From the IMG/VR virus record IMGVR_UViG_3300027801_000019, positions 3,617 to 67,616 of that record: a stretch of 64,000 nucleotides of DNA. One strand, 5' to 3'. Position numbers and translations under genes: made by a program. Positions 11,323 to 21,191 of the stretch are shown here, piece after piece. How positions within the stretch are numbered: the stretch's first letter is position 1; every line of letters starts with the position of its first letter. The notes under the pieces are model-generated. The model was not told the DNA's origin. It searched no databases and saw only the letters and a list, made by a program, of their open reading frames with translations. Origin of the DNA: a virus.

Positions 11323-12363
11323 TCAAACTGTTGCTGTAGCATTGATGAATACACAATCAGCCATAGCCTTCTTTGTTTCATCATAAAGTGCTGTGAAACT
11401 CAAAGACATAGTTTGTGTGTCACGACCCGATACATTGCTTGATGGTGATTCCCATTGAACATTGTATAGTTTAATTGTGATAGTGTGTGCAGATGTTGCG
11501 GTAAATACAAGGGTGATTGCTGGATTGCTGCTTCCAGGTTGATAAACACTGCCTGAACCACCAGCTTGAATGCTGGTATAGATTGGCTCATTAAGACTTG
11601 TTGCGTGAATTGGTGCAATAAACTCAATACTTCCTGTAATTTCACGAAGTTGTGGAGGTGCTTCCCTTACGCAGGTATCGCTACCAAGCGCAAATGCTGC
11701 ATCAACATCTCGATTTAAATTGAACTCAATATCAACAGACTTTACTTGTGTTGAAACTGCAGAGTTTTTGAATGCGACTGTAGCGGATTGGAAGTGAACT
11801 GGCTCTCCAGCATCAGGCACTGTTGCACCTGATTCTGCAGCAATTGCTGCTGGTGATGTAACCGAATCTTCACCTTCTGCTTTACCAACGAAGTCTGCTG
11901 ATAGCATAACATATTCTCCAACAGACCCTTTGATAGATAGGCGATTTAGACTCATTGATGAATACGAGTGTTCCTTCTCATCACGCATAATAATAAATTG
12001 ATAGACTGGGAAAAGGTTTGCAGTTGCTCTTCCTGCATCGTGGTTAATTTCAGTCATAGTGTGGGTATATGGGTCTCCACTTCCACTGTTAGCAACAGTT
12101 GAAAAGACCCCTTTGAATAATGCAGCACAAAAAGCTGAATCATCCAAAGCCATGTTTATTCCACCATCGGAATATCTCTTTCCTGTGGTTGTTTTAGATG
12201 CGCCGTAGCGAGTCATATCTGCACGAGTGCTTATATCAAAAGAAGTATTGAAAGACTCATCATCAATTAATCCATATAATTGTCCAGCAGTGCCGACTGT
12301 TCCAAAGCTTGTTTGAAGGCGCAAGAGTGCGCCCCGATTTCCTGTTCCTATTGCATACGCCAT
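11323..12363 (-). CDS. Major tail (tube) protein
   Basis: About 346 aa beta-rich; REITGSIEF and QTMSLSFTALYD motifs typical of siphovirus tail tubes; upstream of chaperones. Confidence 0.85.
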   Translation of the reverse strand: MAYAIGTGNRGALLRLQTSFGTVGTAGQLYGLIDDESFNTSFDISTRADMTRYGASKTTTGKRYSDGGINMALDDSAFCAALFKGVFSTVANSGSGDPYTHTMTEINHDAGRATANLFPVYQFIIMRDEKEHSYSSMSLNRLSIKGSVGEYVMLSADFVGKAEGEDSVTSPAAIAAESGATVPDAGEPVHFQSATVAFKNSAVSTQVKSVDIEFNLNRDVDAAFALGSDTCVREAPPQLREITGSIEFIAPIHATSLNEPIYTSIQAGGSGSVYQPGSSNPAITLVFTATSAHTITIKLYNVQWESPSSNVSGRDTQTMSLSFTALYDETKKAMADCVFINATATV

Positions 12364-12411
12364 AAATAACAACCCTATTAATGTCTCCTATTAGTGGAAG
12401 AGTATATGAAC

Positions 12412-13461
12412 TCATCTCCTTTGCAAGTGAATCCTTCTCATTGTATCAAAGTTAAGTTGATGCACACACACAGTTTCATCCTCATCCATTTTAGTATCAA
12501 GGGATAAACTATACGAAGTAATAGCGTCTGTATTAAAATCAAGACCGAGATTTATCATAATTTCATCAAAAACATCTGCGGCAATATCTAAACATAATCT
12601 ATAAGCGTTCTTGTAATTTGTTCCTCTTGTTAGTATGAATACCTGTATTTGTGAACGGGTTAATGCCCTATGTCCTCCGAGTGTATCGAGTTCACTTGAT
12701 TCAACATTTTTCATAACTACATGAATAGATGGAGCTGCAATACGACTAATCATGCTTGAACTTATATCATAACCATATCGGATTGATGAGGTATCAACAA
12801 AACCTTTGATGTATGGCCTATCACAATTCTGCAATAATTCAACAACCTTTAATCCCGTTCTAATGATTGTATCATTGACAAATGGGCTCGGTGACATTTC
12901 ATCGGGGGAATATGCACCGTCTGTTGTCGCATATAGAGCCAACCATTTTACAGAACCCGTAGTGTTGCCCCACTGAATAGACCTACTTGAACCTGATGCA
13001 CCAGCCACCGTAATGTATGATGTTGCCGCATCGTCGTCTTCAATAATTTCAAAGAGATATAGTTTTGCTTCACCGCTTGAATCCATAGTTAATCTTAAAA
13101 TTGTTGGTTCATTAATTAAATCTAAATCAGTAAATGTTGTTGTGGTAGCACCTACTAATTTTAATCCGGTTGCCCCATTTGCTTTTACACTTACAGTTTT
13201 TGTTCCATTATCAAGTTTCATTAAAATCTCATCGGTATCGGGGGCGGTATTGTATTGTATCAATGCCCACATTGAATAGGCCACCTTTCCTGCTGCCGGT
13301 GTATGTGTCATAGTTTGGTCTGTAACGACCCAATTACCACCCGAAGCACTACCACCACTACCTGATTTGCTCCACGCCGTTAATTCGTTGTGTGAAACCG
13401 TTGCTGGGTCATACCCATCGGTTCTAAGTTGCCAAAAGTTTGTTTTATCTGATATTGCCAT
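12412..13461 (-). CDS. Tail terminator/completion-like protein with extra N-terminal beta-sandwich
   Basis: Position before tail tube; C-terminal PSIHVV..IQVFILTRG..CLDIAADVFD pattern; N-terminal half beta-rich. Confidence 0.55.
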   Translation of the reverse strand: MAISDKTNFWQLRTDGYDPATVSHNELTAWSKSGSGGSASGGNWVVTDQTMTHTPAAGKVAYSMWALIQYNTAPDTDEILMKLDNGTKTVSVKANGATGLKLVGATTTTFTDLDLINEPTILRLTMDSSGEAKLYLFEIIEDDDAATSYITVAGASGSSRSIQWGNTTGSVKWLALYATTDGAYSPDEMSPSPFVNDTIIRTGLKVVELLQNCDRPYIKGFVDTSSIRYGYDISSSMISRIAAPSIHVVMKNVESSELDTLGGHRALTRSQIQVFILTRGTNYKNAYRLCLDIAADVFDEIMINLGLDFNTDAITSYSLSLDTKMDEDETVCVHQLNFDTMRRIHLQRR

Positions 13462-13470
13462 ATTTCTCCC

Positions 13471-14160
13471 TCACGCTCTTCCCTTTCTGTAGTGCATGGT
13501 ATTAAACTTGTTCTTTAACCAATGCTTAATTCTTTCTTGAGTGCCTTCCTCAATATATTTTTGTCCATCTTCAACCCAATTCCATACAGGTCTTTTGCCA
13601 TTTCCAATTCCAGGAAACATTAAAGGGGAATCTGCTTTTAATAATATGGGCATAAGTGAAAAGTTTGATGTGTGTTGCCAAGCACTTGTTGATTCAACCA
13701 TTTGATTAGTATTTGTATGTAACTCAAAACCATAAGCCCAAGGTGCATGGGGTTTAGAGTATAATTTTGAAAATGACTTAATAGGGTCGCTTCCATGATA
13801 CCCACCTGGCCCCTTACCTTCGGGTGCTGCGTATATTCTCCAACCACCACCACTACCTCGACTGCTTTGTAATTCTCTAACACTTAATGAATCTGCGATT
13901 ATACCATATACTTTATTTTTGGTTGAGCTTTTAATATTTTTACCATCTGCTACAAGTCTTTGTTGTGCATCAATTGATGCTGCTTTTAAAATATTTTTAA
14001 ACTCACGAGGGTATATTAATTTCATATCCAACATCATTCTTTTTAATTGAATATCACTAAAATTAACTTGAAACTGCATTCCCTCTTTACCACTGCTACC
14101 GACATTACCTCGATTATTCCAACCACCCTTACCACCGGAGCGGAAATCTGGCATACCCAT
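13471..14160 (-). CDS. Putative neck/tail-completion protein (HK97 gp10-like position)
   Basis: Basic 229-aa protein; call rests on synteny. Confidence 0.45.
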   Translation of the reverse strand: MGMPDFRSGGKGGWNNRGNVGSSGKEGMQFQVNFSDIQLKRMMLDMKLIYPREFKNILKAASIDAQQRLVADGKNIKSSTKNKVYGIIADSLSVRELQSSRGSGGGWRIYAAPEGKGPGGYHGSDPIKSFSKLYSKPHAPWAYGFELHTNTNQMVESTSAWQHTSNFSLMPILLKADSPLMFPGIGNGKRPVWNWVEDGQKYIEEGTQERIKHWLKNKFNTMHYRKGRA

Positions 14161-14633
14161 TAGTTTAGCCTCCAGATTTGTTGATGGTCTAAGTATATAT
14201 TATTGTATTCATCTAATGTCATTATATCAGAAACGGCATTGTAATTTGGCACATTGATATACCCAAGATTAGATACTACCTTTATAAGATGAACCATTTT
14301 AGATTGCTCGATAGGATTTAGTATTGTTATTTTAGGGATATTTTTTAAATGGTGAGCATTGTTCCTTTCATTCAATAGGTGGCTATGTAGCCCTTTGCTA
14401 CGCCATTCTTTGTGAACATAGGTATTACCCACTAAAACATATCGGCGATTAGGGGATAGTAATGAACCGGTATAGGCAATCGTTTCATTGCCACATGATA
14501 ATACCCAAAAAACCATTTCATCAAATATAGCAGGATAACCTTTGTCTGAGGCATGGGGTAATTTTGAGCCCCAAGCCTTTTCTAAATCTTCGTGCATAAG
14601 AATTAGATTTGTTGAGTATTTATGTAAAAGCAT
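14160..14633 (-). CDS. GNAT-family N-acetyltransferase
   Basis: Acetyl-CoA binding motif A-like TYVHKEWRSKGLHSHLL; TAATG overlaps on both sides. Confidence 0.7.
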   Translation of the reverse strand: MLLHKYSTNLILMHEDLEKAWGSKLPHASDKGYPAIFDEMVFWVLSCGNETIAYTGSLLSPNRRYVLVGNTYVHKEWRSKGLHSHLLNERNNAHHLKNIPKITILNPIEQSKMVHLIKVVSNLGYINVPNYNAVSDIMTLDEYNNIYLDHQQIWRLN

Positions 14634-15175
14634 TAATCAACACTTCCCAAATGCGCTAATCGGCGGAGGTTATCAATTCCTCGCTGTCGTAACACATTCG
14701 AGCGCATTCCGCCTTTTTCAAAATCCATTCCTGCTTGAAATACCGCTTCATCCTCAAGATAATATGCTGCTGATATATCAGCACATATTTCTCTAAGAAC
14801 ATGAGCCATTTCACCTTCTTGAATTGTTACAGCCGTTAAATGGTCTGCGGAAACGCCAGTCACACCTGTTAGTGTATGTGTGGATTTACCAGTCCATGCA
14901 AATGAGTCACCATCAATGTTACCATTACCAGCACTTGAAAAAGCAGTGCCACTTGTTAAAACGACACTTGTTGCACCAGCGGCTATTACCCCATTTGCTG
15001 TTGTTTCTGCTATTTCTCGACTTGGTGTGATTCTGCCATATTGTAAAAACTCTTGGTCTATATCAATTGTGGCTCGACGAATTGCACTTGTTAATCTGGT
15101 TGATGCTCGAGTTCTTTGTGCTGAATCAAGAGCCAATCTTGAACCGGTATCAGATGTAGTGCAATAGTATGTCAT
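14633..15175 (-). CDS. Head-tail adaptor/connector protein
   Basis: N-terminal YCTTSD..AIRRATIDID and C-terminal LREICADISAAYYL resemble gp6/gp36-like adaptors. Confidence 0.65.
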   Translation of the reverse strand: MTYYCTTSDTGSRLALDSAQRTRASTRLTSAIRRATIDIDQEFLQYGRITPSREIAETTANGVIAAGATSVVLTSGTAFSSAGNGNIDGDSFAWTGKSTHTLTGVTGVSADHLTAVTIQEGEMAHVLREICADISAAYYLEDEAVFQAGMDFEKGGMRSNVLRQRGIDNLRRLAHLGSVD

Positions 15176-15378
15176 TAAATCAACCCCGTTAAATCCAAAC
15201 CCATACTTGCTGCCACAAACATAAGTAGTATCTTAACACTTGTATGTAGTTTGGCTATGCTTATCATCATTTCGGTCTGTGCGGAAGTCATTTTATCAAT
15301 AATTTCATCATGTCTTTCAATCCGCTGTTCTAACGAATCAATACGAACAGTTGTGGCATTATTCTGTGCCATCTTCAA
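15175..15378 (-). CDS. Small coiled-coil protein with C-terminal TM helix (XhlA/holin-like architecture)
   Basis: RIDSLEQRIERHDEII coil followed by ILLMFVAASMGL. Confidence 0.55.
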   Translation of the reverse strand: MKMAQNNATTVRIDSLEQRIERHDEIIDKMTSAQTEMMISIAKLHTSVKILLMFVAASMGLDLTGLI

Positions 15379-15541
15379 TCATCTCTTTCGCATCTTCAGA
15401 AATGTCAGTAACTTCTTCAACAATATCAATAATATCATCTAAATCAATTTTACCATCTTTGTATTTAAGATATAACTTAGAACCTCTTTCAAGAATAAAA
15501 GCCCCAACAACAGCATACAGCACAAGTAATTCCACATTCAT
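15359..15541 (-). CDS. Small membrane protein
   Basis: N-terminal TM helix, acidic tail, GGTGA RBS. Confidence 0.6.
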   Translation of the reverse strand: MNVELLVLYAVVGAFILERGSKLYLKYKDGKIDLDDIIDIVEEVTDISEDAKEMIEDGTE

Positions 15542-15549
15542 ATTTTCAC

Positions 15550-15729
15550 CTAATCTTTATATTCAACTGCCCTTACCATAGAGAACGGTATCACAGTGAA
15601 GTGTTGAGCCCTATCGCTCCTATAAAGTTTATACCCATAAGGGGTCTCTTCTATCAGTATATTCGCAAAACAACGCTCGGCGGGAACGAATACTATTTTT
15701 CCAGTTCTCTTTTCTAATTTCTTTTCCAT
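15550..15729 (-). CDS. 59-aa hypothetical protein
   Basis: Hand-translated MEKKLEKRTGKIVFVPAERCFANILIEETPYGYKLY..; GGAGTGA RBS; fills gap. Confidence 0.65.
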   Translation of the reverse strand: MEKKLEKRTGKIVFVPAERCFANILIEETPYGYKLYRSDRAQHFTVIPFSMVRAVEYKD

Positions 15730-15742
15730 TTATTTCACTCCA

Positions 15743-16981
15743 TTATGCTATCAAACCAAAGGCTTGAAGAGCTGCTATTATTTCTGTTATTGCTTGTGCA
15801 TTGAGGGGAGGTTGAGCACCTCCTCCTCCAGGTGGGGCTGCGATTGTTGCTTGTCTTGCTACACCTGCTTTAGCAACACCAAACTTTTGAACATTTACTA
15901 TATCTGCTGTTATTTGGTAAATTGAAGATGAGGATGCTCCTTTAATTGTGCGATATACACCATCACTAATTTCCTCGAAGTTCCATGTTCCTCTAATTAT
16001 TGGTTTTTCAATACATTGGATATTTGCCGATATTGTTGTTTCTTCTTCGGACACACCCAAAAGCATTGAACCAGATTGAATCTCAAGGGATGAACATTGT
16101 AAAGTTAAACCGGCGGGGATAGTAATAATATTCCCATTACCATTACCATTACCAATAACTAAATCTTCAAGTTTAGCAATAAAAGTAACTGCAGTGCCAA
16201 AATTAGTTACATCGTTTGTGCAAGGGATTGGGGCGGCGTTTTTCGCATCTAATGTTAATTTACAATTGCTAAAATCAAGAACAGAAATAGCACATCGTAA
16301 AGCAAGACCAGAACTAAGTCCTAAACCAGTTACATGAATATGTTTTTGGGCTGTTCCCAAAGCCACTTGGGTATTATCCCAAGTTGGGTTAGTCACCACA
16401 AATATACCAACTTGTAATCTTCCAAATGAGGCTTCTGCTACATGGGTTAATGCTGCGTCAATGTTAGCCGCATTCGGATTAACATTTGTGCTCCATTTAC
16501 CACTGGTGAGGGTCATATTCCCTAAATCACCATCGGGAAGATATGCAGCTGCGCTTTGCCCATTAACCATATTCCATGTAGTAGTTTCTTTGCCTTGATT
16601 ACCACCACCTTCAACATAGGTAAGGTCACCACCTACAATAAGGGGTTGATTATAAAATGGTGTGCCTGTTGGTTGCGTTCCTATTGATGTGAATGCCGTT
16701 CCTGCTTGTTTAAATTGCATTACTAATCCATGATAAAAAGAAATTGCTATAAATGTAGGTGTGGCGTGATTAAACTCAACATGGCGATTATATTCTTGTT
16801 TGATAATTAAATGGCCGAGCACTTGATGGTTTAGGCTACAAACTCCTACCGCTTCTTGTCTAAGATAATAATAATCGGCAGCACCTAACGCAGATGGTGG
16901 AGAGCCTGTTGCTAAATCATGCCAATTAGCAACATTGGCTGAATCTGTTGATGCAGCACCCACCCAAGTCAAGTTTGCCAT
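15743..16981 (-). CDS. Putative fibre/adhesin-like virion protein
   Basis: 412 aa Gly/Asn/Thr-rich; N-terminal TWVGAAST..ANW motif; C-terminal IIAALQAFGLIA as in head-fibre anchors. Confidence 0.55.
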   Translation of the reverse strand: MANLTWVGAASTDSANVANWHDLATGSPPSALGAADYYYLRQEAVGVCSLNHQVLGHLIIKQEYNRHVEFNHATPTFIAISFYHGLVMQFKQAGTAFTSIGTQPTGTPFYNQPLIVGGDLTYVEGGGNQGKETTTWNMVNGQSAAAYLPDGDLGNMTLTSGKWSTNVNPNAANIDAALTHVAEASFGRLQVGIFVVTNPTWDNTQVALGTAQKHIHVTGLGLSSGLALRCAISVLDFSNCKLTLDAKNAAPIPCTNDVTNFGTAVTFIAKLEDLVIGNGNGNGNIITIPAGLTLQCSSLEIQSGSMLLGVSEEETTISANIQCIEKPIIRGTWNFEEISDGVYRTIKGASSSSIYQITADIVNVQKFGVAKAGVARQATIAAPPGGGGAQPPLNAQAITEIIAALQAFGLIA

Positions 16982-16987
16982 TTAGAA

Positions 16988-17437
16988 TCACTCGTATGGG
17001 CTTGTTTCTCGTAGTGAATTGCGAATAACATCTGATTCGGTAGTGCTGCTTGGTAATCGTGAGTTTGATGAATCAACAACAAATGCCGTTCCACCTTTAC
17101 CTGAAACCATTTTTAATAAGTCATCACTTCTTTGTTTGAATGTTTTAAGTTGCACTTGAAATCTCTGGTCAACGGCCTTTTGGTCGTCTTGGGGATAAAA
17201 AGAGGCAACGGTATTAACGAGAACTAATAAACAATCCATACAAACCAATGCTTTAATTGCCGTTTCTTTTTGAGCCGCTGTTACTGCATTTGCTGAATCG
17301 TCAGCAAGGTATTCTGTGCTACGGGCGACTTTATTAACCTCTTCAGTTCGCATACTAATATATTCATCAATTGTTGCTCCATTTAAACCACGAGGTCTAT
17401 TTAGTAAATCTCTAATATTATCATTAGTTACAGTCAT
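16988..17437 (-). CDS. Putative head-tail connector
   Basis: Helical 149 aa (VTNDNIRDLL..IDEYI), downstream of capsid gene. Confidence 0.5.
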   Translation of the reverse strand: MTVTNDNIRDLLNRPRGLNGATIDEYISMRTEEVNKVARSTEYLADDSANAVTAAQKETAIKALVCMDCLLVLVNTVASFYPQDDQKAVDQRFQVQLKTFKQRSDDLLKMVSGKGGTAFVVDSSNSRLPSSTTESDVIRNSLRETSPYE

Positions 17438-17745
17438 TCATCTTCCTCCACTACAATAGACCCAAGAGGGGGTGCATCGGTTCTTCCAATGAAAACAAGT
17501 TTACCTGTTCGCATTAGTCTATGAGAAAATGAAGTGTTTGGCATCCAAAGAGTTGATTTGTGGGGGATATTGTCTCCAGCCCATTCAGGTAGTGCCTTTT
17601 GATGAAGACGACGGACAACCCAGCCTTTGCCAGGTCTCCAATCATTTAATCTTCGTTCAAGTTCAGCGACTGATGGATTACCGAATGTCGGAATCTCTAA
17701 TTCATTCGCCTTTTTTAACAGATTTGCCTTTTTGCTTATTGCCAT
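17434..17745 (-). CDS. Hypothetical protein
   Basis: Start moved to MAISKKANLL; in operon chain. Confidence 0.55.
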   Translation of the reverse strand: MAISKKANLLKKANELEIPTFGNPSVAELERRLNDWRPGKGWVVRRLHQKALPEWAGDNIPHKSTLWMPNTSFSHRLMRTGKLVFIGRTDAPPLGSIVVEEDE

Positions 17746-17911
17746 TATCTTCACTACTCTTCTTTGGCTTTGTTGGTGCGTCTTCTTGGAGTCTAACCCA
17801 AGCTCGCATATCTGGCCCGACACCTATAAGGCCTTCCGGCCATTCTTTAGGTTGGGCTTTATTATAGTCTGAACACAATTGTTTCAATCGTGTTAAATCT
17901 TGTCTTGCCAA
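17702..17911 (-). CDS. Hypothetical protein with basic tail
   Basis: TTG start after GGAGTGA RBS. Confidence 0.5.
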   Translation of the reverse strand: MARQDLTRLKQLCSDYNKAQPKEWPEGLIGVGPDMRAWVRLQEDAPTKPKKSSEDNGNKQKGKSVKKGE

Positions 17912-17916
17912 GCGAA

Positions 17917-18309
17917 TCACTCCGATACACAAAGAACGAAGTCACAAGGTGCTGTATCGGCTTGAATACCAATATGAGTAATTGCTGTTTGGCTATCGTC
18001 AAGCCTTGCACAAAAGACACCATTTGGGGCAATCTTAAGTGATGCTTCGTTATTACCTGAACCCGCACCGCTTCTAACTGAAAGTGTGACGAAGTTTGTT
18101 GCATCTCGATTCTCAAAATAAATACCATCAGCCTGTGCTACTCCGTAGTCAGCCAAAACATATTGCACTTCACCTGTATGAGTAATGTTACCTTCAATTT
18201 TAATTGAATCGCCGCTTGTAAAAGCTGCGGTCATTGATTCTGAGTAACCGCTTGCGCCGTCACCGGAAGCCTGTGTAAAGGATGCTGTTACTGTATTATT
18301 TCTTGCCAT
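17917..18309 (-). CDS. Putative capsid-associated beta protein
   Basis: 130 aa directly after capsid gene, GAGGTGA RBS. Confidence 0.55.
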   Translation of the reverse strand: MARNNTVTASFTQASGDGASGYSESMTAAFTSGDSIKIEGNITHTGEVQYVLADYGVAQADGIYFENRDATNFVTLSVRSGAGSGNNEASLKIAPNGVFCARLDDSQTAITHIGIQADTAPCDFVLCVSE

Positions 18310-18319
18310 CTAAATCACC

Positions 18320-19216
18320 TCAAATACCGGTGATTTTCACGATTCGGTTATTTTTACCGGCAGCTGCTCCATCATCGGCTTGGTGTATTACCAATCCCAT
18401 GTATGATGTTAATAGATAGTCAAATCCTACTCCAGGCATTCGAGTCAATTCAGTTTCTGTAACTCCAGGCCCATTGTATGTGAATAATTCAGCTGTTTCG
18501 CCTCCAGGAACCAAAAGAAGTCCTGTTGCGGAAAAGTCGCTGTCACGAGTATAGAATACATTTAGATTGATTTGACCGCCAAGACGCTCTGAAAGGGATT
18601 GAACAACATTTCCGTAAAGAGTTGTTGAGTTCATTGCAGACTTGTGGGTAGCAGGAAGAATCAAAGCGAGTGATTCATTACCAGAAACACGAGCATTAGC
18701 GAAGATTAAATCAACACCCTTTAGAATATCAAGTTCTGCATCTCCGTTTGAGCCTTTGAAACCAGTTCCGGTTGCAGCAAGTGTTTGTCCTGCTCCAGCC
18801 AATAGTTTGTCAAGAACATGAGCATCAATAACATCTGCACGACCTTTTGCGATTGCGAGTTGTTGCCTGTCCATGTTTTCCCATGATTCGCCACGAAGCT
18901 TTACAGTGTCAAGGAATGTTGTTCGGCCTTGACCCTTTTCGAGCTTAACGGTGTAAGACTTTGTTCCGACCTTTGTTGGGTCAACAACAGCTGCGTCGTC
19001 AATTGGATAACTGAAAGAACCTACTCCAGCAGTATACCACTTGTATTCGAGCCAAGGGACACTTCTAACACCAACGAGTGATGTTCCGATTGAAAGTCTT
19101 AAAGACTCTAATTGGATAAAGTCACGCATAACCTGTTGTATAACAGCGTCACCTGTGCCAAATGGCCCAGCTGTTGCGCTAATATTCAGTACTTCTTCTA
19201 ATGATTTATTTGACAT
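18320..19216 (-). CDS. Major capsid protein (HK97 fold)
   Basis: About 300 aa after protease and cement genes; long helix MDRQQLAIAKGRADVIDAHVLDKL; ends RIVKITGI. Confidence 0.85.
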   Translation of the reverse strand: MSNKSLEEVLNISATAGPFGTGDAVIQQVMRDFIQLESLRLSIGTSLVGVRSVPWLEYKWYTAGVGSFSYPIDDAAVVDPTKVGTKSYTVKLEKGQGRTTFLDTVKLRGESWENMDRQQLAIAKGRADVIDAHVLDKLLAGAGQTLAATGTGFKGSNGDAELDILKGVDLIFANARVSGNESLALILPATHKSAMNSTTLYGNVVQSLSERLGGQINLNVFYTRDSDFSATGLLLVPGGETAELFTYNGPGVTETELTRMPGVGFDYLLTSYMGLVIHQADDGAAAGKNNRIVKITGI

Positions 19217-19239
19217 ATTATTCATCTCCATTTTTAATT

Positions 19240-19692
19240 TCAAGCGGTGGCTGCTCCTGCAGTCATTACTGGAATAAGTTCGCCCTCAGTTAGAGTGGCA
19301 CTGTTTGCTGTTGCCAAAAGAGCCGAGCCGGTTGCTTGGCCTTCACCGACATAGATTCCGAGAACCTTTGAGGAGTTTACTGTTGGGGAACAAAGACCAG
19401 ATGCCTTTGCATAAACAAGGCATCCTGTAGTGTATGTCTTTGATGCTTCAGATTGAACCATTAGAACTCCGCCTAACGGGAAGTATGAAACTGTTGCACT
19501 TGCGGTTTCAAACACATGGTCTGGGTCTCGACTGGATTCGCCAGCAGAAATACCGATAGCAATATCAGTTGCACCTGAAACTTCAAGTTTGTTTGTTGTG
19601 CCATCCATAGTGAGGATTCTTCCTACACCGAGAATAGTCTCTGCGTCTTTCAATGTTGTGTTTCTTGGGTCTGTTCCTGAAAATGCTACCAT
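19240..19692 (-). CDS. Capsid cement/decoration protein
   Basis: 150 aa Gly/Ala/Thr-rich (AIGIS..GCLVYAKASG..VLGIYV) between protease and capsid. Confidence 0.7.
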   Translation of the reverse strand: MVAFSGTDPRNTTLKDAETILGVGRILTMDGTTNKLEVSGATDIAIGISAGESSRDPDHVFETASATVSYFPLGGVLMVQSEASKTYTTGCLVYAKASGLCSPTVNSSKVLGIYVGEGQATGSALLATANSATLTEGELIPVMTAGAATA

Positions 19693-19694
19693 AT

Positions 19695-21158
19695 TTATTC
19701 ACCTCTATTTGTTTGAAGGAAACCTTTTTCTTGGGCTTCCTCGAATGTGTATGCTTGACCGTCTCCGTTTATGGAGAAGTTACCAGAATTGTATGATGCG
19801 ACAAGACTATTCCATACTCGAGCGTATAGTTTAGCATCGGTCTCTATCATTTCACCGTTTAGATAATTTGCGACTACTTCCATTGGTTCGGAAGATGCGA
19901 CTATTTCGGACACCATGTTATCAGGTGCTGGGGTTGCTTCAGCCAATACCTTTTCAACAGGTGCTGGTCGGGATGCTTCCCATGATGCGATTAGACTTGT
20001 AATTGTTTCGGATGAAAGGTCTTCATGACCGTTTAATCCAAGGTCACTTGCTTTTTGAACAAGTTCGGTTCGTGCTTCTTCTGCAATTGCAGCCTCACGA
20101 GCGACATTTTCATTGATTGTTGCATTGGCCAGAACTAATTCAGCCTTAATGGCTTCGAGTTCCGCACTCATATTTTCGTTTTCCTCACTCATGACAATTT
20201 CCCCTTTCGGATAGTTCTCGTTAGCAGGGGAGTGGTATATGAACTCTTTCTGTGCCTCAACCTTCTCAACAACATTAATATCCGCCCTATCATATGCTGG
20301 CTTATGAACAATTGCTAAGTGGTCAAATGTAAAATCTGATTCAAAAGTCATACTTCCGTCTTCGGCTGTTGCTGTTGGTATTCCGTAGCCACCGATAGAT
20401 ACTCCATAGTCACCACGAGTCCAAAGACCGGATTCTAAGGCAGGGAATAATTCGGTTCGTCTTACTTCGGCAACATAGTGAACTTCGTATTTATCATCGT
20501 CAAAGTGTTTGATGTTTGCTTCAGTTATGATACCGACTACAGCATCCTCAACTCCACCATCCATGTTTCTGGTAAATCCAACTCCCAAATCTTGTACTGG
20601 GGGATGGTTTAGAGTTAAATCTGCGCCGACCATTTGTTTAATTAGTTTTTCTGCGCCAGCAAGACTAATTGCCCATTTATTCTTGTTATACCCTTCATGG
20701 AAGGCTATACCACTAATTCTAATAACAGAATCACCGCTTGCTTGCACTATGGCTACGGCTTCGGTAATTTGTGTGTCAAGAAAAATATATTGAACATCGT
20801 TACAACACTCATCTTCACAAGGTTCTTCTGAAGTAATTTTGTTTACTGGAGTTTTAGTCCACATTCTGCAAGACCAATAACCAGGAGTTGTTTTGTCTTT
20901 CTTTTCAGCGCAGTTATGACGGTCTCTAAATGCTTTGCGTCTTTTTGGGTCATCACGCTTAATTTCCATGTTGGGGTCGCCAAAGCGCACAATGACAACA
21001 TTACCACTGGCGTTCTGCACATACACCCCAAACTTTTTCTTTTCTTTTGGAGTTCGGAAAGGTTTGTTAAGGGTAACTTTGCGACCTTTGTATTCTGCCG
21101 CAGAAAAAGGCTCTTCTCCAGCCTCCATAGTAATGTAATCTTCTTCCTGCATAATCAC
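19695..21158 (-). CDS. Prohead protease-scaffold fusion with extra N-terminal basic domain
   Basis: ISGIAFH, LNH, GVSIGG and HLAIVHKPAY protease motifs; acidic coiled-coil C-terminus. Confidence 0.85.
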   Translation of the reverse strand: MIMQEEDYITMEAGEEPFSAAEYKGRKVTLNKPFRTPKEKKKFGVYVQNASGNVVIVRFGDPNMEIKRDDPKRRKAFRDRHNCAEKKDKTTPGYWSCRMWTKTPVNKITSEEPCEDECCNDVQYIFLDTQITEAVAIVQASGDSVIRISGIAFHEGYNKNKWAISLAGAEKLIKQMVGADLTLNHPPVQDLGVGFTRNMDGGVEDAVVGIITEANIKHFDDDKYEVHYVAEVRRTELFPALESGLWTRGDYGVSIGGYGIPTATAEDGSMTFESDFTFDHLAIVHKPAYDRADINVVEKVEAQKEFIYHSPANENYPKGEIVMSEENENMSAELEAIKAELVLANATINENVAREAAIAEEARTELVQKASDLGLNGHEDLSSETITSLIASWEASRPAPVEKVLAEATPAPDNMVSEIVASSEPMEVVANYLNGEMIETDAKLYARVWNSLVASYNSGNFSINGDGQAYTFEEAQEKGFLQTNRGE

Positions 21159-21191
21159 TTTGATATATGGGGGGTTATCTAAACCTATTGT

